From Candidatus Sericytochromatia bacterium (GTDB taxonomy: Bacteria > Cyanobacteriota > Sericytochromatia > S15B-MN24 > UBA4093): a DNA stretch of 64,000 nt. Both the position numbers and the translations under genes were made by a program. How positions within the stretch are numbered: position 1 is the stretch's first letter; each line of letters begins with the position of its first letter. The notes beneath the pieces are model-generated. The model was not told the DNA's origin. It did no database searches and saw nothing but the letters and a program-made list of their open reading frames with translations. Of this stretch, positions 49,612 to 58,135 are shown one piece after another. The stretch is from the NCBI GenBank assembly GCA_036676985.1, contig JAKFBU010000004.1:1-64000 (forward strand), in the 5' to 3' direction.

Positions 49612-49738
49612 GCTGTCATCTTGCCATACGAGGGCTCGAGAAGCAGTTGCGTCGATCGCTCCTGATATGTGATCCTGCTATCGCCCGCTTGGCCGCTCGA
49701 TGGGACGAGCGCCTGCTTGATCCAAAGGAGGACGGTTC

Positions 49739-49963
49739 GTGACAGTCGAGATCCATTACTGCCAGATGTGAAACTACCTGCCGCGGGCGACCCGGGTGGC
49801 CGCCGAACTCAAGGAGACGCTCGGCATCGAGGCCGCGGTCATCGCGGGAGGCAAGGGCGTGTTCGACGTGCTGGTGGACGGCAAGCTGCTGTACTCCAAG
49901 CACCTGACGGCGACCTTTCCGGAGGAGGGCGAGGTGACCCGCCTGATCCGGGCGCGCTCGTGA
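49739..49963 (+). CDS. SelW/Rdx-family selenoprotein (74 aa, CxxU, TGA at 49769-49771)
   Basis: RBS aaggagg + GTG; VEIHYCQM(U)NYLPRA...GGKGVFDVLVDGKLLYSK...FPEEGEV; hairpin just 3' of TGA. Confidence 0.88.
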
Positions 49964-50095
49964 CGCGGTCGGGCTGCCTGCGCTCGCTTGGTCGTTTCCC
50001 GTTCCGGTGGAAGATGCCAACCTTCTGATCCCTCCCCGGGTTTTGGAACACTTGGGTATAAGATTTTTAGCTCACCGAACGAGAGATACTGCACG

Positions 50096-51793
50096 ATGAT
50101 CAACGGCCTTTCTTCACCGCAACCGACGCCGCAGCGGCTCGAACGTGCCCCGCTTCCCGTGGACGCCAAGCAGATCCAGGAAGCATCCGGTGGCGTGATG
50201 ACCCGTGATGCGCTCCGCAAGACAGCCGAGGCCAAGCTGGAGAACCGCAATGTCTTTGCGCTGCTGGATGGCGGCGACCTGAACGACATGCTGCGCAACG
50301 GGACGCTGTTGCCCGAACGGGCTCATTTCACGCTCGATCGGCCCCGTTTCGTGGAGAATTCCGTGCCCCTCGTGGTGCAACTCTCCGAGAACGGTAAACA
50401 GGCGCTCCTGAACGCCGACCCAGCCTTTGCCGAGGCACTGGTCGGCGACAGCTTGCAAGGTATCAAGCCCACTACCCCGTTCCGGCTCGACTCCCACGTC
50501 GCCGAGATTCTCCTGTTTGCAGAGGACAGGGAGAAGCTCTTCACGGCTTACGCCGAGAAGGCCGCCAAGGGTGAGGTGCCAGAGACGATCGCGGGTATGC
50601 CCTTCAAGACCTACTTCGAGCAGCACATCAAGGGCGCCGACGACGTGATGGCGGAGGTGGAGCTCCAGAATTTCCGGAAGCTGATTCCGGGGTTCACGAG
50701 CCTGCCGCCCACCGAGCAGCGGGTGCGCGCGGCGCTGGGTGGGAAAATGGCCGACTATTTACCCTCGGTCCTCCCCGCGGATGTGCGACGTCAGATGGCG
50801 AATACGATGATCCGCCACCAGACCTTCGACCGGGCCACTCCCGGTAGGGGGCTGGAGGTGGCCGGCGAGATCAAGGAGTTCTTCCACGGGACGACCTCGG
50901 GCAAGCTGATCTCGCGCACCGGCTTCCGAATGCAGCCCGAATTGCTCTTCAGTAAGCTGCCCAAACGGGCGCAAAACGTCTTGGAGGATAAATTCAGGAT
51001 CCGGTTCCGATCGGCGTTCGGCATGGGGGTGTATACCGGCAACGCGACGGTCGCCAGCCGCTATGCCGCCATCAAGTCCCAAAACGCGACGAGCCCCGTT
51101 CATGTCGTCAGCGGCTTGATGGCCCTGGGCAAGACGACCGTGAATGACCTCGCCGAGGACAAGCTTGCCCATACGCGGATCGTTTCGGGACAGGATTTGG
51201 AAGGTAAGTACTTCATCACTCGCGAGCCCAAGCGTTTCACCGTCAAGGGCCTGACGACCCTGGATCCCAGGCAGACCGACGGCTGGATGCGCCATTTTCC
51301 CCAGCTCCTGAAGGCCCATTCGGCCGATCCGTTCGAGATCGGGAAGCTGTTCGATCGGTTGCCGCAAGGTCCGGCCCAGCGTGCGCTCAATGAGACTCTC
51401 AAGGGGCGCGACCCCGCGACGGTGAGGAGTGCGACCCTCTTGTTGGCTCGCCGCGGTGATGAAAAGGCACTGGCCTCTACCATGAAACTGTTGGAGGGCG
51501 TGGCCTCGCCCATGGAGCGAGAGGTGATTCAGGATACGCTCATGGCGGCTCTCAAGTCGATTGGGCCCGGACACGCCGACCGGACGCGACCCATCGCCGA
51601 GGCGGTGCTGCGGCTGCCTCCCGGTCATCGGTTCTCGCCCGAGAGTCTTGCCGAGTCCCTTTTTGAGACGCTCGGCGCGGAAATCCGGCCCTTGGTCGCG
51701 CGCCACGGTCTCCAACTCCCCCCCGCACCCGCCGAAGGGGCGCTGGCGCGGGCTTGGCAGACTGCAGCCAAGGGCTTCAGGCGCCTGCTGTAA
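50096..51793 (+). CDS. Protein with PARP-like ADP-ribosyltransferase domain and helical C-terminus
   Basis: Start re-called at MINGLSS; FFHGT...GF...FGMGVY...ASRYA...LGK; atypical codon usage. Confidence 0.65.
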   Translation: MINGLSSPQPTPQRLERAPLPVDAKQIQEASGGVMTRDALRKTAEAKLENRNVFALLDGGDLNDMLRNGTLLPERAHFTLDRPRFVENSVPLVVQLSENGKQALLNADPAFAEALVGDSLQGIKPTTPFRLDSHVAEILLFAEDREKLFTAYAEKAAKGEVPETIAGMPFKTYFEQHIKGADDVMAEVELQNFRKLIPGFTSLPPTEQRVRAALGGKMADYLPSVLPADVRRQMANTMIRHQTFDRATPGRGLEVAGEIKEFFHGTTSGKLISRTGFRMQPELLFSKLPKRAQNVLEDKFRIRFRSAFGMGVYTGNATVASRYAAIKSQNATSPVHVVSGLMALGKTTVNDLAEDKLAHTRIVSGQDLEGKYFITREPKRFTVKGLTTLDPRQTDGWMRHFPQLLKAHSADPFEIGKLFDRLPQGPAQRALNETLKGRDPATVRSATLLLARRGDEKALASTMKLLEGVASPMEREVIQDTLMAALKSIGPGHADRTRPIAEAVLRLPPGHRFSPESLAESLFETLGAEIRPLVARHGLQLPPAPAEGALARAWQTAAKGFRRLL

Positions 51794-51811
51794 CGCCACT
51801 TATGCCTCACT

Positions 51812-51880
51812 GAAGGAGCCCGCCGGGTGTGCGTCCGGCGGGCTTCTGGGTTCAGAGAGGTGAGGTGGTGCGCTCTTGAT
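51812..51880 (-). ncRNA. Putative sRNA copy 2 (repeat unit 51816-51963)
   Basis: TGgCATCCT -10; same core and hairpin as copy 1. Confidence 0.5.
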
Positions 51881-52018
51881 GCTCTCAGGATGCCACACCT
51901 TCGCTCGATCGGCTGTCGGGACGATCGCTCCGCCCGTGTGAGCCTGCTTTCGCTCGCTTGCCTACTTCTCGTAGGAGGCGAGGCTCCAGCGCTTACTTCA
52001 CCAATTGATCGTGGGAAC

Positions 52019-52061
52019 TTAAAGTCGCCATAAGAATGCTGGCGACTTAACACCGCGATAA
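52019..52061 (+). promoter_or_regulatory. Two TTAA-N7-ATAA boxes with an overlapping inverted repeat
   Basis: ttaa 52019/ataa 52030 and ttaa 52047/ataa 52058; aagtcgcca...tggcgactt. Confidence 0.45.
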
Positions 52062-52118
52062 CAGCCTTGTCGCAAGGGACGATTGATTGCTTTTAGGCTA
52101 GACGGGGACGGTGCCGCG

Positions 52119-53363
52119 ATGCTCGACAATCTGCAGATGATCTATCGCATGGTCCGGAACGACGCTCCGAAGCGTGCCAAGGCGCTCGCCGCGTCCCCCG
52201 TCAAGTCGACCGTCCGCGCCGTTAGCCGCAGCGCGATGACGCCCGACGTGTTCATGCGCGGCCAGCTGCCGGCTCTCCAGGGCGTCCTGATCGATGGCGC
52301 GCAGGCCTTCTCGACCTTCAAGAACACCCTCTCGGGCGCCAAGAAGAGCATCTTGCTCGAGACCTTCACCTTCAAGGACGATGCCACCGGGCGCGAGATC
52401 GCCGACCTGCTCGTCAAGAAGCGGAGCCAGGGCGTGGACATCAAGGTCCTGCTCGATACCTACGGCACGGCGACCAACCTGCCGGATGCTCCGCACCTCC
52501 CGCTCTACCAGTTTCTCCACGAGAACGGCGTCGAGGTGCGGCTGCACAACCCCGAGGTCTTCTCGCTCAAGGAGGGGATGCCCCTCACCCATCGCAAGCT
52601 CACGATCGTCGACAACAAGCGCTTCCTCACCGGCGGCATGAACATCTCGGATCGCTACTCCAAGGAGTGGCACGACACCATGATCCGGGTGGATGGTCCC
52701 TCGACTCGCGAGGCCGTCGCGGCCTTCAACCGCAACTGGACCCGCGCGGGTGGCGAGGCCCTCCCCTTGCCGACCTTCAACCTGGCGGACCCCCGGGTCA
52801 AGGTGGTCTTCAACGATCCGCAGGCCAAGGAGTTCGGTCTGACCGAGGCCGTCTTCGGCGAGCTGCGCCAGGCCAAGAACCAGATCCGGATCATGGTGCC
52901 CTACCTGTCCGATCGCAAGCTGATGGACGAGCTGATCGCGGCACGGCAGCGCGGGGTTCGGGTCGAGGCCCTCTTGCCCAAGATGAACGACGAGAAGGTC
53001 TACGGCGACCTCAACAACGCGATCGCCCAGGAGCTCCTGGAAAACGGCGTCAAGGTCAAGTGGTACACCGGCAAGGACGTGCCGGGGCTCGCCAAGGAGC
53101 ACTTCAGCCACACCAAGGCGATGATCCTCGACCAGGACACGCTCATCATGGGCTCGGCCAACGCCGATAGCCGCTCCTTCAACGGCAACCACGAGTTGAA
53201 CGTCATCATCAAGGATCCGCACGTGGTCCAGGACGCCAAGCAGCGCCTCTGGCTGGCGGATTGGACCGCCAGCAAGCCCGCCAACCTCGAAGAGCTCCAG
53301 AATGCGAGCCTCTCGGACAAGGTCAAGCGCGGGGCCTGGAAGCTGCTTTCCCCCTTGCTCTAA
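52119..53363 (+). CDS. Phospholipase D / cardiolipin synthase-like protein without TM anchor
   Basis: Two HKD motifs (HRKLTIVD...GGMN; HTKAMILD...GSAN). Confidence 0.9.
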   Translation: MLDNLQMIYRMVRNDAPKRAKALAASPVKSTVRAVSRSAMTPDVFMRGQLPALQGVLIDGAQAFSTFKNTLSGAKKSILLETFTFKDDATGREIADLLVKKRSQGVDIKVLLDTYGTATNLPDAPHLPLYQFLHENGVEVRLHNPEVFSLKEGMPLTHRKLTIVDNKRFLTGGMNISDRYSKEWHDTMIRVDGPSTREAVAAFNRNWTRAGGEALPLPTFNLADPRVKVVFNDPQAKEFGLTEAVFGELRQAKNQIRIMVPYLSDRKLMDELIAARQRGVRVEALLPKMNDEKVYGDLNNAIAQELLENGVKVKWYTGKDVPGLAKEHFSHTKAMILDQDTLIMGSANADSRSFNGNHELNVIIKDPHVVQDAKQRLWLADWTASKPANLEELQNASLSDKVKRGAWKLLSPLL

Positions 53364-53480
53364 GGACGGCATGTCCGTCGCTGGCGAGCGCGAGGATCCG
53401 CCACGCGTCGTGCAACCGGCGCCTTCCCGATGGGGCCTGTAAGCGACCCTCACGCTCAGCAGGAAGCCGACGAACTCCGG

Positions 53481-53553
53481 AAACGACGAAGCCCGCCGGG
53501 TGTGCGACCGGCGGGCTTCTGGTTTCAGAGAGGTGAGGTGGTGCGCTCTTGAT
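53481..53553 (-). ncRNA. Putative sRNA copy 3 (repeat unit 53488-53636)
   Basis: Near-identical to copy 2 over ~150 bp. Confidence 0.5.
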
Positions 53554-53646
53554 GTTCTCAGGATGCCATACCTTCGCTCGAGCGGCAGTCGGGACGATCG
53601 CTCCGCCCGTGTGAGCCTGCTTTCGCTCGCTTGCCTGCTAACCGGC

Positions 53647-53712
53647 AAAAGGGATGGCCCGCCGGGTGTGCGACCGGCGGGCCTTGGGTCAGAGAGGTGA
53701 GGTGGTGTTGAT
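53647..53712 (-). ncRNA. Putative sRNA copy 4 (repeat unit 53656-53792)
   Basis: Core CACCACCTCACCTCTCTGA kept despite a 5-nt deletion 5' of it; hairpin followed by atccctttt. Confidence 0.5.
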
Positions 53713-53778
53713 GCTCTTAGGATGCCACACCTCCAAAGGATCGGCTGTCGGTGCGATCGCTTCTCCCGTGTGACCTTG

Positions 53779-55212
53779 CTATCGTTCGCTTGGCCGGCCC
53801 TCGGCCCCCAGGTGCCGCGAGGCAAAGGCGATCGCCTCCTCCCGGCTCGCGACCTCCCCGCGGAGCTGCGCCTCGATCACCCGGTTAAGCAGCACGCCGA
53901 TGTGCTTGCCCGGCTTGAGGTCCAGCTCGCGCATGAGATCCTTGCCGTCGACGAGCCGCTGCGGCGCCGTGTAGGCTCCATCCGGTCGGTAGTAGGCCGA
54001 CAGGAGCGCGGGCAGGACCGTGGCCAGCTCGGCCGCAATGGGGCGCTCGGCGGCCTCCTGGAGCGCGAGGCTCAGGAGCAGGAGCGCCGCGCTCGCGTCC
54101 CCTGCTGCTTGAAAGAAGCGGTAGAGGGCCACCGGGTCGTCGGGCGTCCTGGTGAGCCCTTCCGGCAGCCGCTGGAGCCGCACCAGGCGCACGAGGAAAT
54201 CCCGGGCCTTGGCCGATAGCTTCAGGCGGGTCGCGATCGCCTCCACGCGCTTGGCGCCTTCGGCCTCGTACCCGTCGTAGGAGACGGCCCCGTCTGCTCC
54301 GTAGGTCGTGCAGAAGGGCTTGCCCACCTCATGCAGGAGGGCCGCGAGCCGGAGCATGACCTCGGCCGTGGCGCCGCCGCCGAGGTCCCGGGCCAGATCC
54401 GCCCGGACCTCGGCGTCATGGGTCGGCCGGCGCGCGTCGAGGCGGCGGACGGTTTCCAGCGCATGGGCCCGCCCGTTCATCCGGGGGCTCGCCACCCGCT
54501 GGAGCATGGTGAACTCCGGCACGAGCACCATGAGCACCCCGATCCCGAACAGCCGCTCGATCCACCGGAAGGCCTGCGGCAACGCCAGGATCTTGAGGAG
54601 CTCGGCCGTCGTGCGCTCCGCGGCCACGTCCAGGAGCTTGCGCTTGTAGGTCTCGACCCACTGCAGGGTCTCGAAGTCGATGTCGAAGTCCAGCGCCGCG
54701 GCGAAGCGGAACACCCGGATCAGCCGGGCGGGATCGGCCAGGAGGTTGTCGTCGCTGATGGCCCGGACGGTGCGCCGGGCGAGATCCACCAGGCCGCCCG
54801 CGGGATCGAGGGGCTCGGGCTGCGCCACGCGCTGCCCGTTGCGCACCAGGGGCAGGGCGATCGCGTTGATCGTGAGGTCCCGCTGCAGGAGATCCGCCTC
54901 CAGGTCCGCACCCTGCAAGCGCGCCAGGTCGAGGACCGCCCCCGAGTCGAGCACGACCCGCACGATGCCGAACTCCGCGTCCAAAAGGACGTAGTGGCCC
55001 TTGAGGGCGCGGGCGATCGCCTTGCCCAGGACTTCGGGATCGGCCGAGGTCACGAGATCGACGTCGAGCTGGGCGCGACCCAGGAGGGCGTCCCGCACGT
55101 AGCCGCCGACTAGCCACAGATCGCCGCCCAGCTGGGCGGCCTGGTCGCAGCAGGCGGCGAAAAGGGGCGCGGGTTCTAGGGGAACGTTCGGAGGTTGGGC
55201 AGAAAAGGGCAT
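53779..55212 (-). CDS. Class II tRNA nucleotidyltransferase, probably CC-adding type
   Basis: LVGGYVRD, DVD, RDLTINA, DPxRxxRxxRF, ER; loop before RD motif absent. Confidence 0.85.
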   Translation of the reverse strand: MPFSAQPPNVPLEPAPLFAACCDQAAQLGGDLWLVGGYVRDALLGRAQLDVDLVTSADPEVLGKAIARALKGHYVLLDAEFGIVRVVLDSGAVLDLARLQGADLEADLLQRDLTINAIALPLVRNGQRVAQPEPLDPAGGLVDLARRTVRAISDDNLLADPARLIRVFRFAAALDFDIDFETLQWVETYKRKLLDVAAERTTAELLKILALPQAFRWIERLFGIGVLMVLVPEFTMLQRVASPRMNGRAHALETVRRLDARRPTHDAEVRADLARDLGGGATAEVMLRLAALLHEVGKPFCTTYGADGAVSYDGYEAEGAKRVEAIATRLKLSAKARDFLVRLVRLQRLPEGLTRTPDDPVALYRFFQAAGDASAALLLLSLALQEAAERPIAAELATVLPALLSAYYRPDGAYTAPQRLVDGKDLMRELDLKPGKHIGVLLNRVIEAQLRGEVASREEAIAFASRHLGAEGRPSER

Positions 55213-55321
55213 GATCGGTACCTCGGCCCCTCATCATGCCACCTGCGACGGAGGGCTGTAAACCGGACAAGAAGTGGTACAATACGCGCGTCATCCTCGT
55301 CTCGACCGAAAGGGAGCGTCA

Positions 55322-56587
55322 ATGGCGACCGGGACCTTGTACACGTCCATCAACCACCTCGAGAAGTCGCGCCTGCAACTCGACAAGTGCGGTGAGCTGC
55401 TCGGCCTCGATGCCGGCATGCTCGAGCGGCTGGGCACGCCGGACAAGGTGTTCCAGACCCACAGCCCCATCCGCATGGATGACGGCTCGGTGCGCATGTT
55501 CCCGGGCTACCGGGTCCAGCACAACAACATCCTCGGCCCCTACACGGGCGGGATCCGCTTCCACCCCACGGTCGACCTCAACAAGATCACGTCGCTCGCC
55601 ATGCTCATGACCTGGCAGTGCTCCCTGGTGGGCCTGCCCTACGGCGGCGCCAAGGGCGGCATCACAGTCGATCCCCATCAGCTCTCGGTCGCCGAGCTGG
55701 AGCGCCTGACCCGCCGCTATACCTCGGACATGGTGCTCGTCTTCGACCCCCACAAGGACATCCCCTCGCCCGACGTGAACACCCACTCGCGCGAGATGGC
55801 CTGGATCATGGACACCTGGAGCACCAACCACGGCTACGCCGCCCCCGGCGTGGTCACGGGCAAGCCCGTCGCCATCGGCGGTACGGTCGGCCGCTCCAAC
55901 GCCACGGGCCGCGGCGTCGTCATGACCCTCGACGATCTGCTCAAGTTCGTGGGCAAGGACTGGCAGGGCCTGCGCATCGCCATCCAGGGCTTCGGCAAGC
56001 TGGGCTCGGTGACGGCCCGGCTCGCACACGAGCGCGGCGCCAAGGTGGTGGCCATCTCGGACATCACGGGCGGCCTCTACCGCGAGGACGGCCTGGACAT
56101 CCCGGACGTCATCGGCTACACCAAGGCCCACCGCTTCCTCAAGGGCTACCAGGAGGCGCAGTCCATCACCGAAGAGGAGCTCCTCTACCTGCCCTGCGAC
56201 GTGCTGATCCCGGCGTCCCTGGGCGCCCAGATCCACGCCGCCAACGCCCACAAGATCCAGGCCTCCATCGTGGTCGAGGGCGCCAACGCGCCCGTGACCT
56301 TCGAGGCGGACGCCGTCCTCGAGGAGCGGGGCGTCATCGTCCTGCCGGACATCCTCGCCAACGCGGGCGGCGTGGTCGTCAGCTACTTCGAGTGGGTCCA
56401 GGGCACCCAGCAGCTCTTCTGGACCGAGGACGAGGTCAACGAGCGCCTGCAATCGGTCCTGAGCCGCGCGTTCCAGCGGGTGGCCGCCAACGTCACCAGC
56501 AAGGGCCTCTCCTTCCGCATGGGCGCCTACGTGGAGGCCGTTGGCCGCGTGGCAAACGCCCTCTCGCTGCGGGGGCTCTACCCCTAG
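55322..56587 (+). CDS. Glu/Leu/Phe/Val dehydrogenase family protein, divergent active site
   Basis: GYRVQHN, GGAKGG, VVTGKP, IQGFG, EGAN, PDILANAGGV..SYFEW. Confidence 0.9.
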   Translation: MATGTLYTSINHLEKSRLQLDKCGELLGLDAGMLERLGTPDKVFQTHSPIRMDDGSVRMFPGYRVQHNNILGPYTGGIRFHPTVDLNKITSLAMLMTWQCSLVGLPYGGAKGGITVDPHQLSVAELERLTRRYTSDMVLVFDPHKDIPSPDVNTHSREMAWIMDTWSTNHGYAAPGVVTGKPVAIGGTVGRSNATGRGVVMTLDDLLKFVGKDWQGLRIAIQGFGKLGSVTARLAHERGAKVVAISDITGGLYREDGLDIPDVIGYTKAHRFLKGYQEAQSITEEELLYLPCDVLIPASLGAQIHAANAHKIQASIVVEGANAPVTFEADAVLEERGVIVLPDILANAGGVVVSYFEWVQGTQQLFWTEDEVNERLQSVLSRAFQRVAANVTSKGLSFRMGAYVEAVGRVANALSLRGLYP

Positions 56588-56616
56588 GGCCGACTCGCTA
56601 CAGTCGGCGATTCCAG

Positions 56617-56656
56617 GCGAGGTTCGACGGACGAGACGTCCGTCGAACCTCGCTTT
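56617..56656 (+). terminator. 17-bp perfect hairpin terminator
   Basis: gcgaggttcgacggacg-aga-cgtccgtcgaacctcgc then ttt. Confidence 0.75.
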
Positions 56657-56768
56657 CGCGTTGACCATCCCCGCCGGGAGCGCCATAATTCACGTATCTT
56701 TACAATCTCTCGTCGGCCTCCGGCGGATGCCCGGCCGGCGGGCGGGATGCGAGGCAAGGAGAGGGGTC

Positions 56769-57125
56769 ATGAGAACGCGCGAGATCGATCGGCCCATGTG
56801 GAACGCCTACATGGCCCAGATCAGCAACCTGTGCATGAACCGTCCCATCACCCTGGAGATCGTCAGCGAGGAGCTCGGCGACCAGATGGTGGCGAACCAC
56901 GTGCCCTTCATGGGCATGGCGCCCGAGCAGAAGGGATCGGCCGCCTGCGCGGTGGACATCGAGCTGGGCCGCCTGGGATCGACCGACCACCTGATGCAGG
57001 AGATCGCCTGCGCCACGCGCGTCGTCGTCCGGGAGGACGACGACGGCACGCTGATGGCCATGGACATCGAGGGCGAAGACCCCACGACCCACGCCCCGAT
57101 CAAGGCCATCGTGACCTGGGATTAG
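56769..57125 (+). CDS. DUF5335-like protein
   Basis: TREI...W...ITLEIVSEELGDQ...PFMG pattern; RBS ggagagggg. Confidence 0.7.
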   Translation: MRTREIDRPMWNAYMAQISNLCMNRPITLEIVSEELGDQMVANHVPFMGMAPEQKGSAACAVDIELGRLGSTDHLMQEIACATRVVVREDDDGTLMAMDIEGEDPTTHAPIKAIVTWD

Positions 57126-57156
57126 TCACCCTCCGGAGTGTTCTAAGGGGGATGCC

Positions 57157-58119
57157 GTGGCCTACTACATCGTCGGGATCGACCTCGGCGGCACCAAGAT
57201 CGCGTCGGCGCTGCTCGATACCGACCTCTCGATCGTCAAGAACGACACGGTGCGCACGGACAACAGCCGGGGCCCCGAGGGGGTCGCCGACCAGATGGCC
57301 GAGTCGGTCAAGCGCCTCACGGAGGGCTTGGGCCGCGAGGCGGTCCTGGGGGTGGGCGTCGCGAGCGCCGGCCTCGTGGAGCCCGGTACGGGCAAGGTCC
57401 TCTACTCGCCCAACCTCGACTGGCGGGACGTGCCCCTGCGCGACATGCTCAGCGAGCGGCTCGGCATGGAGGAGGTCTACGTCGACAACGACGTGAACAT
57501 GGCCGCCCTCGGCGAGCTGCACTTCGGCGCGGGCCAGGGGGCGCGGCACATGATCTGCGTCTTCGTGGGCACGGGCATCGGCTCGGGCATCGTCATCGAC
57601 GGCCACCTCTACGCGGGCGCCAACGGCTTTGCGGGCGAGGTGGGCCACACCACCATCGACTGGGACGGGCCGCCCTGCCCGAGCGGCAACCCGGGCTGCT
57701 GGGAGTCCTACGCCTCCGGCACGGCCATGGCCCGCCGGGCCCGGGAGGCCCTGGAGCGGGGCGAGACCTCGATCCTCAAGGACATGGTCGGCGGCGACCT
57801 CGCGCAGCTGCGCGTGGAGACCATCGCCGAGGCCGACCGGGACGGGGACGCGCTGGCCCGCCGGATCCTCGCGGAGACCGGGGAGTACCTGGGTGCCGGC
57901 CTCTCGAACCTCGTCAACACGCTCAACCCCGAGCTCATCGTCATGGGCGGCGGGGTGATCCGCGGGGTGCCCCAGCTCTTCGACCTGGCCGAGGCGAGCA
58001 TGCGGCGCCGGTCGCTGCCCGATGCCGTCGCCGCCGTGCGCACGGCCCGGGCGCACTTCGGCCGGGAGGCGGGCGTCATCGGAGCGGGCGTCCTCGTGAA
58101 GCTCGCGGGCAAGCCGTGA
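57157..58119 (+). CDS. ROK family sugar kinase (glucokinase-like)
   Basis: GIDLGGTK, DND, GTGIGSG, AGEVGH, GCWESYASG. Confidence 0.92.
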   Translation: MAYYIVGIDLGGTKIASALLDTDLSIVKNDTVRTDNSRGPEGVADQMAESVKRLTEGLGREAVLGVGVASAGLVEPGTGKVLYSPNLDWRDVPLRDMLSERLGMEEVYVDNDVNMAALGELHFGAGQGARHMICVFVGTGIGSGIVIDGHLYAGANGFAGEVGHTTIDWDGPPCPSGNPGCWESYASGTAMARRAREALERGETSILKDMVGGDLAQLRVETIAEADRDGDALARRILAETGEYLGAGLSNLVNTLNPELIVMGGGVIRGVPQLFDLAEASMRRRSLPDAVAAVRTARAHFGREAGVIGAGVLVKLAGKP

Positions 58120-58135
58120 CCCGACAGGAGGAGCC

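Noticed and set aside
51827-52033. Small + strand ORFs in the repeats as type I toxins (also 53500-53700, 53722-54219)
   Set aside because: Frames and stops differ between copies, SD-like tract is too far from the ATG, no consistent TM peptide
49546-53792. CRISPR array or integron attC interpretation of the four repeats
   Set aside because: Units are ~150 bp with 20 bp to 2 kb gaps, no cas or intI gene, and no RYYYAAC/GTTRRRY ends seen
56600-56660. GGTTCGA resembling a tRNA T-loop
   Set aside because: Part of a perfect 17-bp hairpin; no cloverleaf
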